Part shown: positions 49,323 through 58,501 of the stretch, piece by piece
How positions within the stretch are numbered: position 1 is the stretch's first letter
Layout of the letters: every line of letters begins with the position of its first letter
Assembly (NCBI GenBank): GCA_963739295.1
Contig: CAVTZS010000005.1
Location: 88,713 to 152,712, forward strand
Direction: 5' to 3'
DNA from: an uncultured delta proteobacterium
GTDB taxonomy: Bacteria > Desulfobacterota > Desulfobaccia > Desulfobaccales > 0-14-0-80-60-11
DNA: 64,000 nt
Translations under genes and position numbers: made by a program
The notes under the pieces: generated by a model
The model's database searches: none
What the model saw: only the letters and a program-made list of their open reading frames with translations
Told to the model about the DNA's origin: nothing

Positions 49323-49916
49323 TTATTTCTTATAGATGTCGGTCCTGGTGATGTTCATGCACCGCAAGGCCTTGCCCGGTTCTTTATAGTAGATGCGGAC
49401 ATCATCCCCAGCGTCCCAGGTATAGGCCGGCATGGCAAAATATTCCTCGGGCAAGGCGAAGGTGGTCAGGATCTTTTGCCTTCCCGAGTAAATGGTGACG
49501 GTTTTCTTGTCCTTGTCAATCATCGGGAACTTCTTGCCCTCCACCAGGGGATCGCTCTTTTCCACCCCCTCCTTCTGGTCGATGAGAGTATAGTTGATCT
49601 TTTTGAAGTTTTCGGTGGCAGGGTCGAAGATCACAATCTCCCGGGCCTTGGTATCCAACTTTATCCTCAGGCCAGCCTTGGGCTCGGGCCCCATCTCCAG
49701 GGGATCCTTGGGAAGCACATAGGTTACGGGAGGCAGGACGCTGTAGTCGGGTTTGCCCCGCTCTTTGCCCGTGTCCTTGATGATGGTAGCCGTATCCGTT
49801 TCTTTGTCGTATTTGACAACCCTTCCCTGGTCCACCTTGCCCATGTCCCCGCAGCCTAGAACCAGGGCCAGCGGCACGAAAGCAAGAAGAGTCAACCTGC
49901 AAAGTCTCTTGAACAT
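49323..49916 (-). CDS. hypothetical lipoprotein
   Basis: 197 aa with a lipobox 'LVLGCGD'. I cannot name a family with confidence. Confidence 0.55.
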   Translation of the reverse strand: MFKRLCRLTLLAFVPLALVLGCGDMGKVDQGRVVKYDKETDTATIIKDTGKERGKPDYSVLPPVTYVLPKDPLEMGPEPKAGLRIKLDTKAREIVIFDPATENFKKINYTLIDQKEGVEKSDPLVEGKKFPMIDKDKKTVTIYSGRQKILTTFALPEEYFAMPAYTWDAGDDVRIYYKEPGKALRCMNITRTDIYKK

Positions 49917-49950
49917 GTTCTTCTCCTTGTGCGTAAAATCTCTCTCGCTT

Positions 49951-51021
49951 CTATTCCGCCATCGAGGCCTTGGCCGCGGCCGCCTTCTTCATGGCTAGTT
50001 CTCGTCGGGCCCCGGATACCATTTTCCAAGTTACGTAGCCGGCTACGAGGGCCGGGAATACCAGAATGATAACCGTGGACATATGATCGAAGAGGGTAAT
50101 GCCGTACGCCCTGGCGGTAAGCTTCAAGAAGATGGACATCATCACTGCGATGACGCAGCAGCCGAAGGCAATGCGGATGCCGTAGCCATGGATGTATTTG
50201 GTGGCCACGACGCCGATCTGCACTCCGATGGCGGCGCCGCACAGCATGATCAGGGCCGCGACCAACTCCGTGCGCCCTTTATAGGTGTAGGTGGCGGTGC
50301 CGTAAATCCCGGAGATCATCACCTCAAAGAGGTCGGTGCCTACGGCCACATGGGTGGGGCAGCCCACGAAGTAGACCAGGGAGGGCATGCGGATCAGCCC
50401 GCCGCCGATGCCCAAAAGCCCCGCCAGCCAGCCGGTCATGAAGCTGACGAAGATGGGCAGCCAGACAGAGCAGTAAACCATGGCCTGTTTGAAATGCATC
50501 ATGGGCGGGATCTTGATCTTGTGCAGGGCCTTGTGGAACTCGTGGCCGGTGGCCAGCTTGTCCAACTGAAAGCCCTTGGCCTCCGCGTCCCTTTCCTTTC
50601 TCCTTCTCTTGGCCACGTCGGAGAAGACCAGCCAGGCGATAAAGGTCAAGAGGACGATGTAGATCCAGCGCACATAGAGGTCCACCTTGCCGAGGCGCTC
50701 GAACCACATGATCATCTGGGCGCCACATTCAAAACCGACGACCGTGCCGAAGACCATTACTATCCCCAGCTTGTAATCCACATTGCCGAATTTACCGTGC
50801 CTGATAGTGGAGATGATGGACTTCCCCGCCATGTGGGCGATGTCGGTGCCGATGGCGAAGGCCATGGGGAAGCCCAGGATGTTCAGCCCCGGGGTGACCA
50901 TCCAGGCCGCGCCCAGGCCGAAGAAGCCGCCGAGGATGCCGACGCCCAGGCCCAGGATAACCAGGCCGGGCCATAATATGGTCACTCCCGAAACAGGCAT
51001 GTATGCATAAAAAAACTCCAT
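49951..51021 (-). CDS. TauE/SafE family sulfite/anion exporter-like membrane protein
   Basis: 356 aa, polytopic, with a duplicated 'GG(F/L)FG(L/I)G(A/G)' and 'GTD' half-repeat pattern ('GILGGFFGLGAAW...AIGTD' and 'GLLGIGGGLIRMP...AVGTD'). Confidence 0.75.
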   Translation of the reverse strand: MEFFYAYMPVSGVTILWPGLVILGLGVGILGGFFGLGAAWMVTPGLNILGFPMAFAIGTDIAHMAGKSIISTIRHGKFGNVDYKLGIVMVFGTVVGFECGAQMIMWFERLGKVDLYVRWIYIVLLTFIAWLVFSDVAKRRRKERDAEAKGFQLDKLATGHEFHKALHKIKIPPMMHFKQAMVYCSVWLPIFVSFMTGWLAGLLGIGGGLIRMPSLVYFVGCPTHVAVGTDLFEVMISGIYGTATYTYKGRTELVAALIMLCGAAIGVQIGVVATKYIHGYGIRIAFGCCVIAVMMSIFLKLTARAYGITLFDHMSTVIILVFPALVAGYVTWKMVSGARRELAMKKAAAAKASMAE

Positions 51022-51061
51022 AAATTAACCTCCTCAACAGTGCGGGGCGACTACCCGAACC

Positions 51062-51355
51062 TTAGTGTTCTTTCAGTTCTCTGTGCCTCAGGTCGATCCC
51101 GATCTTGCTCATAAAGAAGTCGGTAATTAACCCGAAACTTACGCCCACCACAAGGATAGTGGCATAAGTGAGAATGGTGAAGTAAACGTGACTGTCATTG
51201 TAGATTTGGCCCCACCAGCGATACCAGCCGCTACTAAACCGGGTATCGGAGACGATGACCACGGGGGCGGCCTTTGCCACGGCCGCGGCGATCTCCGGTA
51301 GCAGCAAGATCGCCATGACCCCTAAGCCTAATATCTTGGCCCAAATTCTTCGCAT
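51062..51355 (-). CDS. small membrane protein
   Basis: 97 aa with two hydrophobic helices, immediately upstream of the tauE-like gene. Confidence 0.5.
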   Translation of the reverse strand: MRRIWAKILGLGVMAILLLPEIAAAVAKAAPVVIVSDTRFSSGWYRWWGQIYNDSHVYFTILTYATILVVGVSFGLITDFFMSKIGIDLRHRELKEH

Positions 51356-51412
51356 GTTCTTTCCTCCTTAATGGTTTTTCGTTATTTTGTGAGAATTGTT
51401 TTCCCTTTTTCG

Positions 51413-51827
51413 TTAGCGCACCACAGTCACTTCGCAATGGGCGTAATTCACCACCTTGGCCGCAGTACTGCCCATCAAGGCCCGTTCCAGACCGTGAACC
51501 CCGGTGCTGCCCAAAAGAATCCGATCAAAATTACCTTCCTTGGCCCGGCGGATAATGTTGTTGGCGGGCACCACGCCGGCTTCCAGCACCGTTTCGACCT
51601 TGAGGTTTTTCTGGTCGAAGAGGGCCTTGGCTTTTTGCAAGGCAGCCTTTGCCTCGGCCGTCAATTTATCCTGAATGTTTAAAGGCATTTCGTCCAAATC
51701 GCTCTCGGCGAAGTAGGCCACCGTCATTAAGGTCACCTCAGCCCCTCTATTCTCGGCCAGCTCCAAGGCCCGTTGCACGGCCTTCAGGGACTGGTGCCGA
51801 GCCGTCCGTCGCCACCAGAATCTTCAT
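51413..51827 (-). CDS. universal stress protein (UspA family), interrupted by an apparent frameshift near 51792-51800
   Basis: An SD (AAGGAGGG) and 'MKILVATDGS' start at 51827 in one frame. 'SLKAVQRALELAENRGAEVTLMTV...GSTGVHGLERALMGSTAAKVVNYAHCEVTVVR' continues in another. Confidence 0.75.
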
Positions 51828-52057
51828 AATAGCCCTCCTTAAGAAGTATTTATAATTTTAATGAATATTAATTATATTTAATAGATATTATCTATAGCTT
51901 AAATTAAAATTCTCCCTAATGCTTAAATCAAAAATGGGAATTATTCAGGCGAGACATGGCAATGGGCAATTGCCATTAGGGTTTCTTTTCTGCTTTAAAT
52001 AGCAGGGATTCCCGGGCACTACTTCTCCCCAAAATTTCCTTCCTTGATGAAAATTAA

Positions 52058-52072
52058 GCAATGGGCGTGCCA
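52058..52072 (-). promoter_or_regulatory. sigma54 (-24/-12) promoter facing usp
   Basis: The minus strand reads TGGCACGcccaTTGCT, which matches the consensus TGGCACG-N4-TTGCW at every specified position. It lies 231 nt upstream of the usp ATG. Confidence 0.6.
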
Positions 52073-52378
52073 GGGCAAAAGGAGAGCGGGAAATAGATTA
52101 ACTAGTTGACAAAAATGAAAAATACTGCCCTGAGAGAGCCAGCTGCCTGGCATACCGGGGCGTCAAATGTCAGAAAATTTTACACATTGTAAATTTATGA
52201 GCAAGCTCAATTACTAAGCGCCCTTGGAACCTATTTGGGGCGAGCGCCAGACCCAAGGATCAGGCTCTTCCCCTGGGTGCCGAGAATAACCATTTTCTGG
52301 TATAATTTTTGATAAAAGTTTAGTGTGGCAATTACCCCTGAATTTTCTTGATAATTTTCCGGAAGAATCCAGATTTAT

Positions 52379-55036
52379 ATGGCCCCCAGGCGCAATTTAC
52401 TTAGTACGATTTACCGGAAATTGACGGGACAGAAAGGCGGACCCTCCCGGGAGGAGCTGGCCACGGCCTTCCGTTTCAGATACACCTGCTTCAAGGATTT
52501 GTTGGACTCCAATGCGCAACTCTTGAATATTATTACTGACTTGGAAGAAAAGCTGCAAGGCCGGCAGGTCTTCGGCATGTCGTATGTCAGGTCCCAGTCG
52601 GCCCGGGCGGCCTTTCACGCCTTCCGGATGATCAAGAGTTTAGATGTCCTTTCCGGGCACCGATATCCTCTTCTTTATGGGGTTCTGGAAAAGATTAACT
52701 CCAGGATCAAAGAACATCTGCTGGAAAGAAAAGGAATCCCGGTAACAGATTTGGTCTTGCCTTATTCCCGCATTACCAAAGAAATGGTGGATTGGGTGGG
52801 AGGCAAGAGCGCCAACCTGGGGGAAACCCTGAATCGGGTAAATCTGCCCATCCCGGAAGGATTCGCCATTACCACCCACGCCTTTTATTCCTTCCTGGCC
52901 CATAATGATCTGGTGGAGGAGATTAACCGAAGGAAAATGGCCCTGGATCCTCAGGATCCGGAAACCGTGAACCAGGTCAGTGAGGAAATCCAGAAGTTGA
53001 TCAGCCAGGCCCAGGTCCACCCTGCCCTGGAAGAGGCTATCCTCTCTGCCTACCGAGGTTTGGCGACGGGGTCCAGGCGTCAAGAGGCCGGCGATTCCTT
53101 GCAGGTGTCGATGCGGAGCAGCGCCATCGGCGAAGACAGTGAGCTGTCCTTTGCCGGCCAGTACCGCACCATCCTGAACGTTTCGGCCCCCAACCTTATT
53201 CAGGCTTACAAGGACATCGTGGCCAGCCTCTATACCCCCCGGGCCGTCTCTTATCGACTCAATAAGGGGATTCGGGATGAGGATAGCGCCATGAGCGTGG
53301 CCTGCCTGGAAATGGTGGATTCCGTGGCCAGCGGGGTGATGTACTCCCATCACCCCTTCAACGTTATGGATGATACTATTTTTATCAACGCGGTCTGGGG
53401 CCTGGGACCTTATGCGGTGGACGGGGTCATCACTCCGGATACTTACCAGGTGGCCAAAGACGAAGAGTTAACTATCCTTAAAAGCCAGGTGTCTCATAAA
53501 CTGGTCCAGTTGGTGCGTAAGGAGGATGAAGGCCTTAAAGAGATTCCGGTCCTGCCGGAGAATCAGGACCAACCCTGCCTGTCTCCCGAGCAAATCAAAA
53601 CCCTGGCCTGCTTTGCCATAAAACTGGAAGAGCATTACCGGTGCCCCCAGGATGTGGAGTGGGCCCTGGACCGGAGAGGACGTCTCTTGATGCTGCAAAC
53701 TCGCCCTCTGCATCTTCAGGCCCCGGGGCCAGAGGCACTAAAGACCATTCCCACTTTGACCGGCTATCCCTTGCTGGTGGAGCACGGGGCCATAGCCTTT
53801 CCCGGAGTGGGGTGCGGCCCGGCCTTCCAGGTCCTCTCCGATGAAGACCTGCTTAAATTTCCCGAGGGCGCGGTGCTGGTGGCCCGGCATTCATCCCCGA
53901 AATTCGTCCTGGTGATGCCCAAGGCCCGGGCCATTGTCACGGATGCGGGCAGCATCTCCGGCCACATGGCTTCCCTGGCCCGGGAGTTTGCGGTGCCGGC
54001 CCTGCTGGATACCAAGGTGGCCACGGCTGCCATCCCCACCGGGATGGAAGTCACGGTGGATGCCTATGCGGGAAGGGTGTACCAGGGCCAGGTCCCGGAA
54101 TTGCTGGCCTTGCAACAGACGAGAGAACCCCACATGAAGGGCACCCCGGTATATCAGACCCTGAAGGAGGTGGCGGATTTCATCGTGCCCTTGCATCTGG
54201 TGGACCCCACGGCTCCCGAGTTTGCGCCGGAGTTCTGCCAATCCCTCCATGACCTGGGCCGGCTGGTACACGAACTCTCTTACAGCGAGATGTTTAAGAT
54301 CAGCGACTTGGTCTCGGAAAAAGGCGGAGGTGCGGTAAAGCTGGACGCGCCGGTGCCCCTGGACCTCTATGTCATTGATTTGGGAAACGGTCTGGCCGGG
54401 GTCCCTAAAGAGAGCAGTAAGGTGACCGTGGACCAGCTGGCCTCCGTCCCCTTTAAGGCCCTGCTGGCGGGGATGATGCACCAGGATTTGCAGGTGATGG
54501 AGCCACGGCCCATTCAATTTTCCGGGTTCTTTACGGTGATGCGGGAGCAGATGCTGGCTTCCCGCAAATTCGAGGAAAGGTTCGGCGACCGCAGCTACGC
54601 CATTATTTCCGACAAATATCTCAATTTCAGTTCCCGGGTGGGTTACCATTACAGCGTCCTGGATGCTTATTGCGGCCAGACCATCAATAAGAATTACATC
54701 ACTTTCTCTTTCAAGGGTGGCGCCGCCGATGATGTCCGCCGGAACCGGCGGGTCCGGGCTATCGCCCTGATCCTGGAGAAATTAGGCTTCAGCGTGGAGG
54801 CCAAAGGAGATCGGGTGGACGCCCGCTTCCAAAAATACGAGTGTCCGGTCATCCAAGAAAAATTGGACCAGATCGGGCGGTTGCTGCACTTCACCCGGCA
54901 GATGGACATGTTGATGACCAGTGAATCCAGCGTGGAGGCAGTGACCCAAAATTTCCTGGCCGGGAATTATAGCCTGGATGAGAATTTTTTTAAGGCCCTG
55001 CCTGAAGGTGCTACCGGAACCATTGGAGAATCCTGA
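52379..55036 (+). CDS. PpsA-like PEP-utilising-enzyme family protein, paralog 2
   Basis: 885 aa with 'GGKSANLGE', 'MRSSAIGEDSELSFAGQY' and 'TDAGSISGHMASLAREFAVPA'. The C-terminal domain shares 'F(A/S)FKGGAAD' and 'TRQ(I/M)DM(I/L)M' with paralog 1. Confidence 0.75.
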   Translation: MAPRRNLLSTIYRKLTGQKGGPSREELATAFRFRYTCFKDLLDSNAQLLNIITDLEEKLQGRQVFGMSYVRSQSARAAFHAFRMIKSLDVLSGHRYPLLYGVLEKINSRIKEHLLERKGIPVTDLVLPYSRITKEMVDWVGGKSANLGETLNRVNLPIPEGFAITTHAFYSFLAHNDLVEEINRRKMALDPQDPETVNQVSEEIQKLISQAQVHPALEEAILSAYRGLATGSRRQEAGDSLQVSMRSSAIGEDSELSFAGQYRTILNVSAPNLIQAYKDIVASLYTPRAVSYRLNKGIRDEDSAMSVACLEMVDSVASGVMYSHHPFNVMDDTIFINAVWGLGPYAVDGVITPDTYQVAKDEELTILKSQVSHKLVQLVRKEDEGLKEIPVLPENQDQPCLSPEQIKTLACFAIKLEEHYRCPQDVEWALDRRGRLLMLQTRPLHLQAPGPEALKTIPTLTGYPLLVEHGAIAFPGVGCGPAFQVLSDEDLLKFPEGAVLVARHSSPKFVLVMPKARAIVTDAGSISGHMASLAREFAVPALLDTKVATAAIPTGMEVTVDAYAGRVYQGQVPELLALQQTREPHMKGTPVYQTLKEVADFIVPLHLVDPTAPEFAPEFCQSLHDLGRLVHELSYSEMFKISDLVSEKGGGAVKLDAPVPLDLYVIDLGNGLAGVPKESSKVTVDQLASVPFKALLAGMMHQDLQVMEPRPIQFSGFFTVMREQMLASRKFEERFGDRSYAIISDKYLNFSSRVGYHYSVLDAYCGQTINKNYITFSFKGGAADDVRRNRRVRAIALILEKLGFSVEAKGDRVDARFQKYECPVIQEKLDQIGRLLHFTRQMDMLMTSESSVEAVTQNFLAGNYSLDENFFKALPEGATGTIGES

Positions 55037-55095
55037 CCCACTCCCCGTCCCTGGGGCAAATAAGCCCAGATATTACTAATCCTTAAGCCAACACC

Positions 55096-56334
55096 TTGAA
55101 CGCCCCCAATTTCCCTGGCCTAAAAGACTCATCCGCCATTTTTAATGGTTTATGCGCGGTGGGCTTTCTGGCCCGGGCCTCCTATGCCCTGGCCCGCACC
55201 CCCGTGCTGGCCCTCTTTGCCGCCTACTTGGGGGCAGGGCCGGAAGCCATCGGCTTTTGCGTGGCCGCCTCCACGATCACCGGCATCTTCTTTAAGATGC
55301 CCGCGGGGGTGCTGGCCGATGTCCTGGGCAAAACCCGCACTCTATTTTTCGGACTGGCCTGTTTTGCCTTCATCCCTTTGGCCTACCTGCTGGTGTCAAC
55401 GTATCCGGCCCTGGTGGTGGTGCGTTTTTTCCATGGCTTCGCTACCGCCATCTATGGACCGGTGTCCATGGCGATAATCGTGGGCCTGGCTGGGGAGCGG
55501 CGGGCCGAGATGCTCTCCTGGTTCTCGGCCCTTACCATCATCGGCAATCTCCTGGGCGCTCCCCTGGGCGGGTTGCTTCTGACCCAAATGGCCGCTGGGT
55601 CTAAGCCAGCCCTAATTCATTTCCATCTGGTCTATGGGGTGGTGGCGGCTTGCGGGATGGCCTCTCTAGTCATCGGACTCTGGGTTATGCGGGGCCGGGG
55701 ACCGGAGCCTGGGACGGCCGGGGGCCGGGGCCTGGCCGCGCTTTGGGCCCAGTTTAAGGCCGGGGTGCGGGAAATCCTAATGGATCGCCGGGTCCTGCTC
55801 ACCAGCAACCTGGAAGGGGTGCAAAACCTCTCCCTGGGGGCCCTGGAGGCCTTCCTGCCGATTTATGCGGTAAAAATTTGCGGTTTCTCCGCCTTTCAGG
55901 CAGGGCTTCTCTGGGGGGTGCAAGTGGTGGCCACCATCGCCTCCAAGCCGCTCTTGGGGAGGGTTTCAGACCAATATGGACGACCGCCTCTGCTCTTCTG
56001 GGGGATGTGGAGCTGCGCTCTACCCTTTGCCCTGATTCCCTGGTTTCAGAACTTTGCCATCCTGCTGGCTCTGGCGTTTCTTTTTGGATTGGGGGAGGCG
56101 GTGGTAACCTCCTCCGCCGCGGCTCTGGTCGCCGACTTCTGTCAAGAGGACCATCTGGGTTCGGCCATGGGTGCTTTTGGCACTATCTTCGATATTGGTC
56201 ATGCTTCGGGCCCACTCTTGGCGGGGGTGCTCATCGGCCTTTGGGGAGGAGGGGACTACCGCGCCCCCTTTGCCATCATCGCCGGCATCTTGGTCATTGC
56301 CGCGTTGGCGTTTAGGGCGGGCGTGAGGGGATAA
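55096..56334 (+). CDS. MFS transporter
   Basis: 412 aa with about 12 TM helices and an MFS loop motif 'GVLADVLGKTRT'. The start is TTG. Confidence 0.75.
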   Translation: MNAPNFPGLKDSSAIFNGLCAVGFLARASYALARTPVLALFAAYLGAGPEAIGFCVAASTITGIFFKMPAGVLADVLGKTRTLFFGLACFAFIPLAYLLVSTYPALVVVRFFHGFATAIYGPVSMAIIVGLAGERRAEMLSWFSALTIIGNLLGAPLGGLLLTQMAAGSKPALIHFHLVYGVVAACGMASLVIGLWVMRGRGPEPGTAGGRGLAALWAQFKAGVREILMDRRVLLTSNLEGVQNLSLGALEAFLPIYAVKICGFSAFQAGLLWGVQVVATIASKPLLGRVSDQYGRPPLLFWGMWSCALPFALIPWFQNFAILLALAFLFGLGEAVVTSSAAALVADFCQEDHLGSAMGAFGTIFDIGHASGPLLAGVLIGLWGGGDYRAPFAIIAGILVIAALAFRAGVRG

Positions 56335-56337
56335 AAA

Positions 56338-56378
56338 TTGGGGGGAGAGGTTAGGGGCTGCAGGCCCCTACCCTTAAG
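56338..56378. repeat. degenerate REP-like element (copy H)
   Basis: TTGGGGGGAGAGGTTAGGGG-ctgcag-GCCCCTACCCTTAAGGG, between the convergent MFS and REC genes. Confidence 0.45.
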
Positions 56379-56493
56379 GGTCTTCCTGGATGAGGCCGGG
56401 GCTTTAGACCCGGCCTCATCCACCAGCACCAGGAGCATCCAAGGGCCAGTTTACCCTGGGAAGAAACCGGTTCGCCATCCTTGGATATTTTTG

Positions 56494-56913
56494 CTATTTT
56501 TCTTCGGTTTTTTCCTTTTGGCGGAGCCTTTGCTGCCGTTCTACCTTGCGTTCATAGGCGGCCTCGATCTTTTCCATCAGCTCTTCAATGGGATAGGGCT
56601 TCAAGAGGTAATAATAACCGCCCCCCTTGATGATCTCCATGGCGGCATCCACGGAGGCATGGCCCGTCAAGACGATCACCTCGATTTCGGGATGGCCCTT
56701 TTTTATCTCGGCCAGGGCTTCTATGCCGTCCATTTCCGGCATTCGGAGATCTAAGATAATCACGTCGCAAGGTTGTCTATCCAGTTCCTCCAGGGCTTCT
56801 CTGCCACCTTCCACCGCAGCTACTTCCAATCCTTGGGCAGTCAGCATCTTGGCCAGCGTCAGGCGAAATCTCTCCTCATCGTCTACTATCAAGATCTTGG
56901 GCTTATCACTCAT
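56494..56913 (-). CDS. single-domain (CheY-like) response regulator
   Basis: 139 aa with 'ILIVDDE', 'DVIILDLRMPEMDG' and 'VLTGHASV...YLLKP'. It has no output domain. Confidence 0.85.
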   Translation of the reverse strand: MSDKPKILIVDDEERFRLTLAKMLTAQGLEVAAVEGGREALEELDRQPCDVIILDLRMPEMDGIEALAEIKKGHPEIEVIVLTGHASVDAAMEIIKGGGYYYLLKPYPIEELMEKIEAAYERKVERQQRLRQKEKTEEK

Positions 56914-57865
56914 ATCTCATTCCTTTCTCCAGGGTGAGAGGGAGGGTAATGGTGAAAGTCGTGCCCTGGCCCACCGTACTGGCAACGGAAATCTGGCCCC
57001 CCAATTTTAAAACTATACCATGACAGATGGAAAGTCCCAAACCGGTCCCTTTCCCCGGGGGTTTGGTGGTGAAAAAGGGATCAAAGACTTTGGCCAAATT
57101 TTCTGGGGGAATGCCGGCCCCGGTGTCACTGACCACTATGGAGAGGGAATTGTTGCCGGCCTTTCGGGTGGTGATGGTGATCGCGCCATCTTTCTGGATG
57201 GCATACGTGGCGTTGTTGAGCAAATTTAAGATTACTTGCCGCAACTGGGGGGCATCGCCATAAAGCGGTGGTAAATTAGGGTCATATTGTCTAATAATTT
57301 TTATATTGTGGTACTTGGCTTCCCTTTCCACCAGCAAGGTCATGCTTTCGATTAATTTGTTGACGTCCACTGCCTGGATTACCGGTTCTCTTTTGCGGGC
57401 GAAATCCAGGAGACTATGGGTAATTTCCTTGGACCGGTCCACCTGCTGGATAATCTGACCCAGGGAACCCTGGAGTTCCTCAAGTTCCTGGGGTGGAAGT
57501 TGCTGATTTTTTAGAATCAGCCGCATCCATTCGGCTTCTTGACGGATGATGGCCAGGGGATTGTTGATTTCGTGGGCCAGGCCGGCAGAAAGTTCGCCAA
57601 TGGAGGCCAGTTTCTGGGTTTGGAGCAGGCGCTCATCCAGGAGTTGCCTTTGCTTTTCGGCGAACTCTCGCTGGGCCACCAAGTGCCTGGTGGTGAGGAA
57701 GGACAGGGCGGCTAGCAAGAGAGCGGCGCCCACCAGGAGGCCGCCGCCGACAAATCCCAGGGGCACAGCGGCCAGTAAAATTAAGATAGTTACCAGATAC
57801 GGGATAAGTCTGTGGTAAAAGCTTTTGCCAGGTTCGGCCATCTTTGCCATGGTCCCCTTACGCAA
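56906..57865 (-). CDS. membrane histidine kinase (two TM, HisKA, HATPase)
   Basis: 319 aa with the H-box '[12 protein letters not shown]' and 'DTGAGIP...GTGLGLSI'. Confidence 0.85.
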   Translation of the reverse strand: MRKGTMAKMAEPGKSFYHRLIPYLVTILILLAAVPLGFVGGGLLVGAALLLAALSFLTTRHLVAQREFAEKQRQLLDERLLQTQKLASIGELSAGLAHEINNPLAIIRQEAEWMRLILKNQQLPPQELEELQGSLGQIIQQVDRSKEITHSLLDFARKREPVIQAVDVNKLIESMTLLVEREAKYHNIKIIRQYDPNLPPLYGDAPQLRQVILNLLNNATYAIQKDGAITITTRKAGNNSLSIVVSDTGAGIPPENLAKVFDPFFTTKPPGKGTGLGLSICHGIVLKLGGQISVASTVGQGTTFTITLPLTLEKGMRYE

Positions 57866-58061
57866 GTAAGAAATCTTTAATCCAAGGTTCGGTCATTTGG
57901 GGGGAGCTTGGTGGACTTCTGACGGTTAAGGCAGGGTGCCCTAAGGCCGGCGGCGGCCCAGGTGAAAAGGCCTTGCCAGAGGTTTCCCCCAGGGGGAAGG
58001 GGCGGAAATCCGGGAGCGATCCGATTCAAGAAGGGGAGCGGCAATGGGGAAACTTGGCTGA

Positions 58062-58451
58062 TCAAATCTTTCCTTCTTGAATCAACTTTCTTTCATAAGC
58101 CTGGCGCATCTTTTCGAGTAACTCATCCAGGGCCACCGGTTTCATGACATAGTCAAAGGCCCCCAGTTGCATGCCTTGAATCCCTGATTCCACCGAGGCA
58201 TGGCCGGTAAGCATAATAACTTCGGTGAAAGGCTTTTTTTTCTTTATTTCTCTCAAAGTCTCGATGCCGTCCATTTTCGGCATTTTGACGTCCAAGACGA
58301 CCACATCGAAGTCCTGGTGATCCATTAATTCCAGGGCCTTGAACCCGCTGTCAGCGCCGGTGGCCTCTATCTCCCGGGTTTTCAAACGCTTGACGATAGT
58401 TTCCAGAAAATCAATTTCATCATCCACCACTAAGACGCTAAATTTTTCCAT
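58062..58451 (-). CDS. single-domain (CheY-like) response regulator
   Basis: 129 aa with 'VLVVDDE', 'DVVVLDVKMPKMDG' and 'MLTGHASV...YVMKP'. Confidence 0.85.
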   Translation of the reverse strand: MEKFSVLVVDDEIDFLETIVKRLKTREIEATGADSGFKALELMDHQDFDVVVLDVKMPKMDGIETLREIKKKKPFTEVIMLTGHASVESGIQGMQLGAFDYVMKPVALDELLEKMRQAYERKLIQEGKI

Positions 58452-58501
58452 AATCTCGTTTCCTTTTTAACTTTGCATTTCCACCTGATGGGCTTGACCT
58501 G

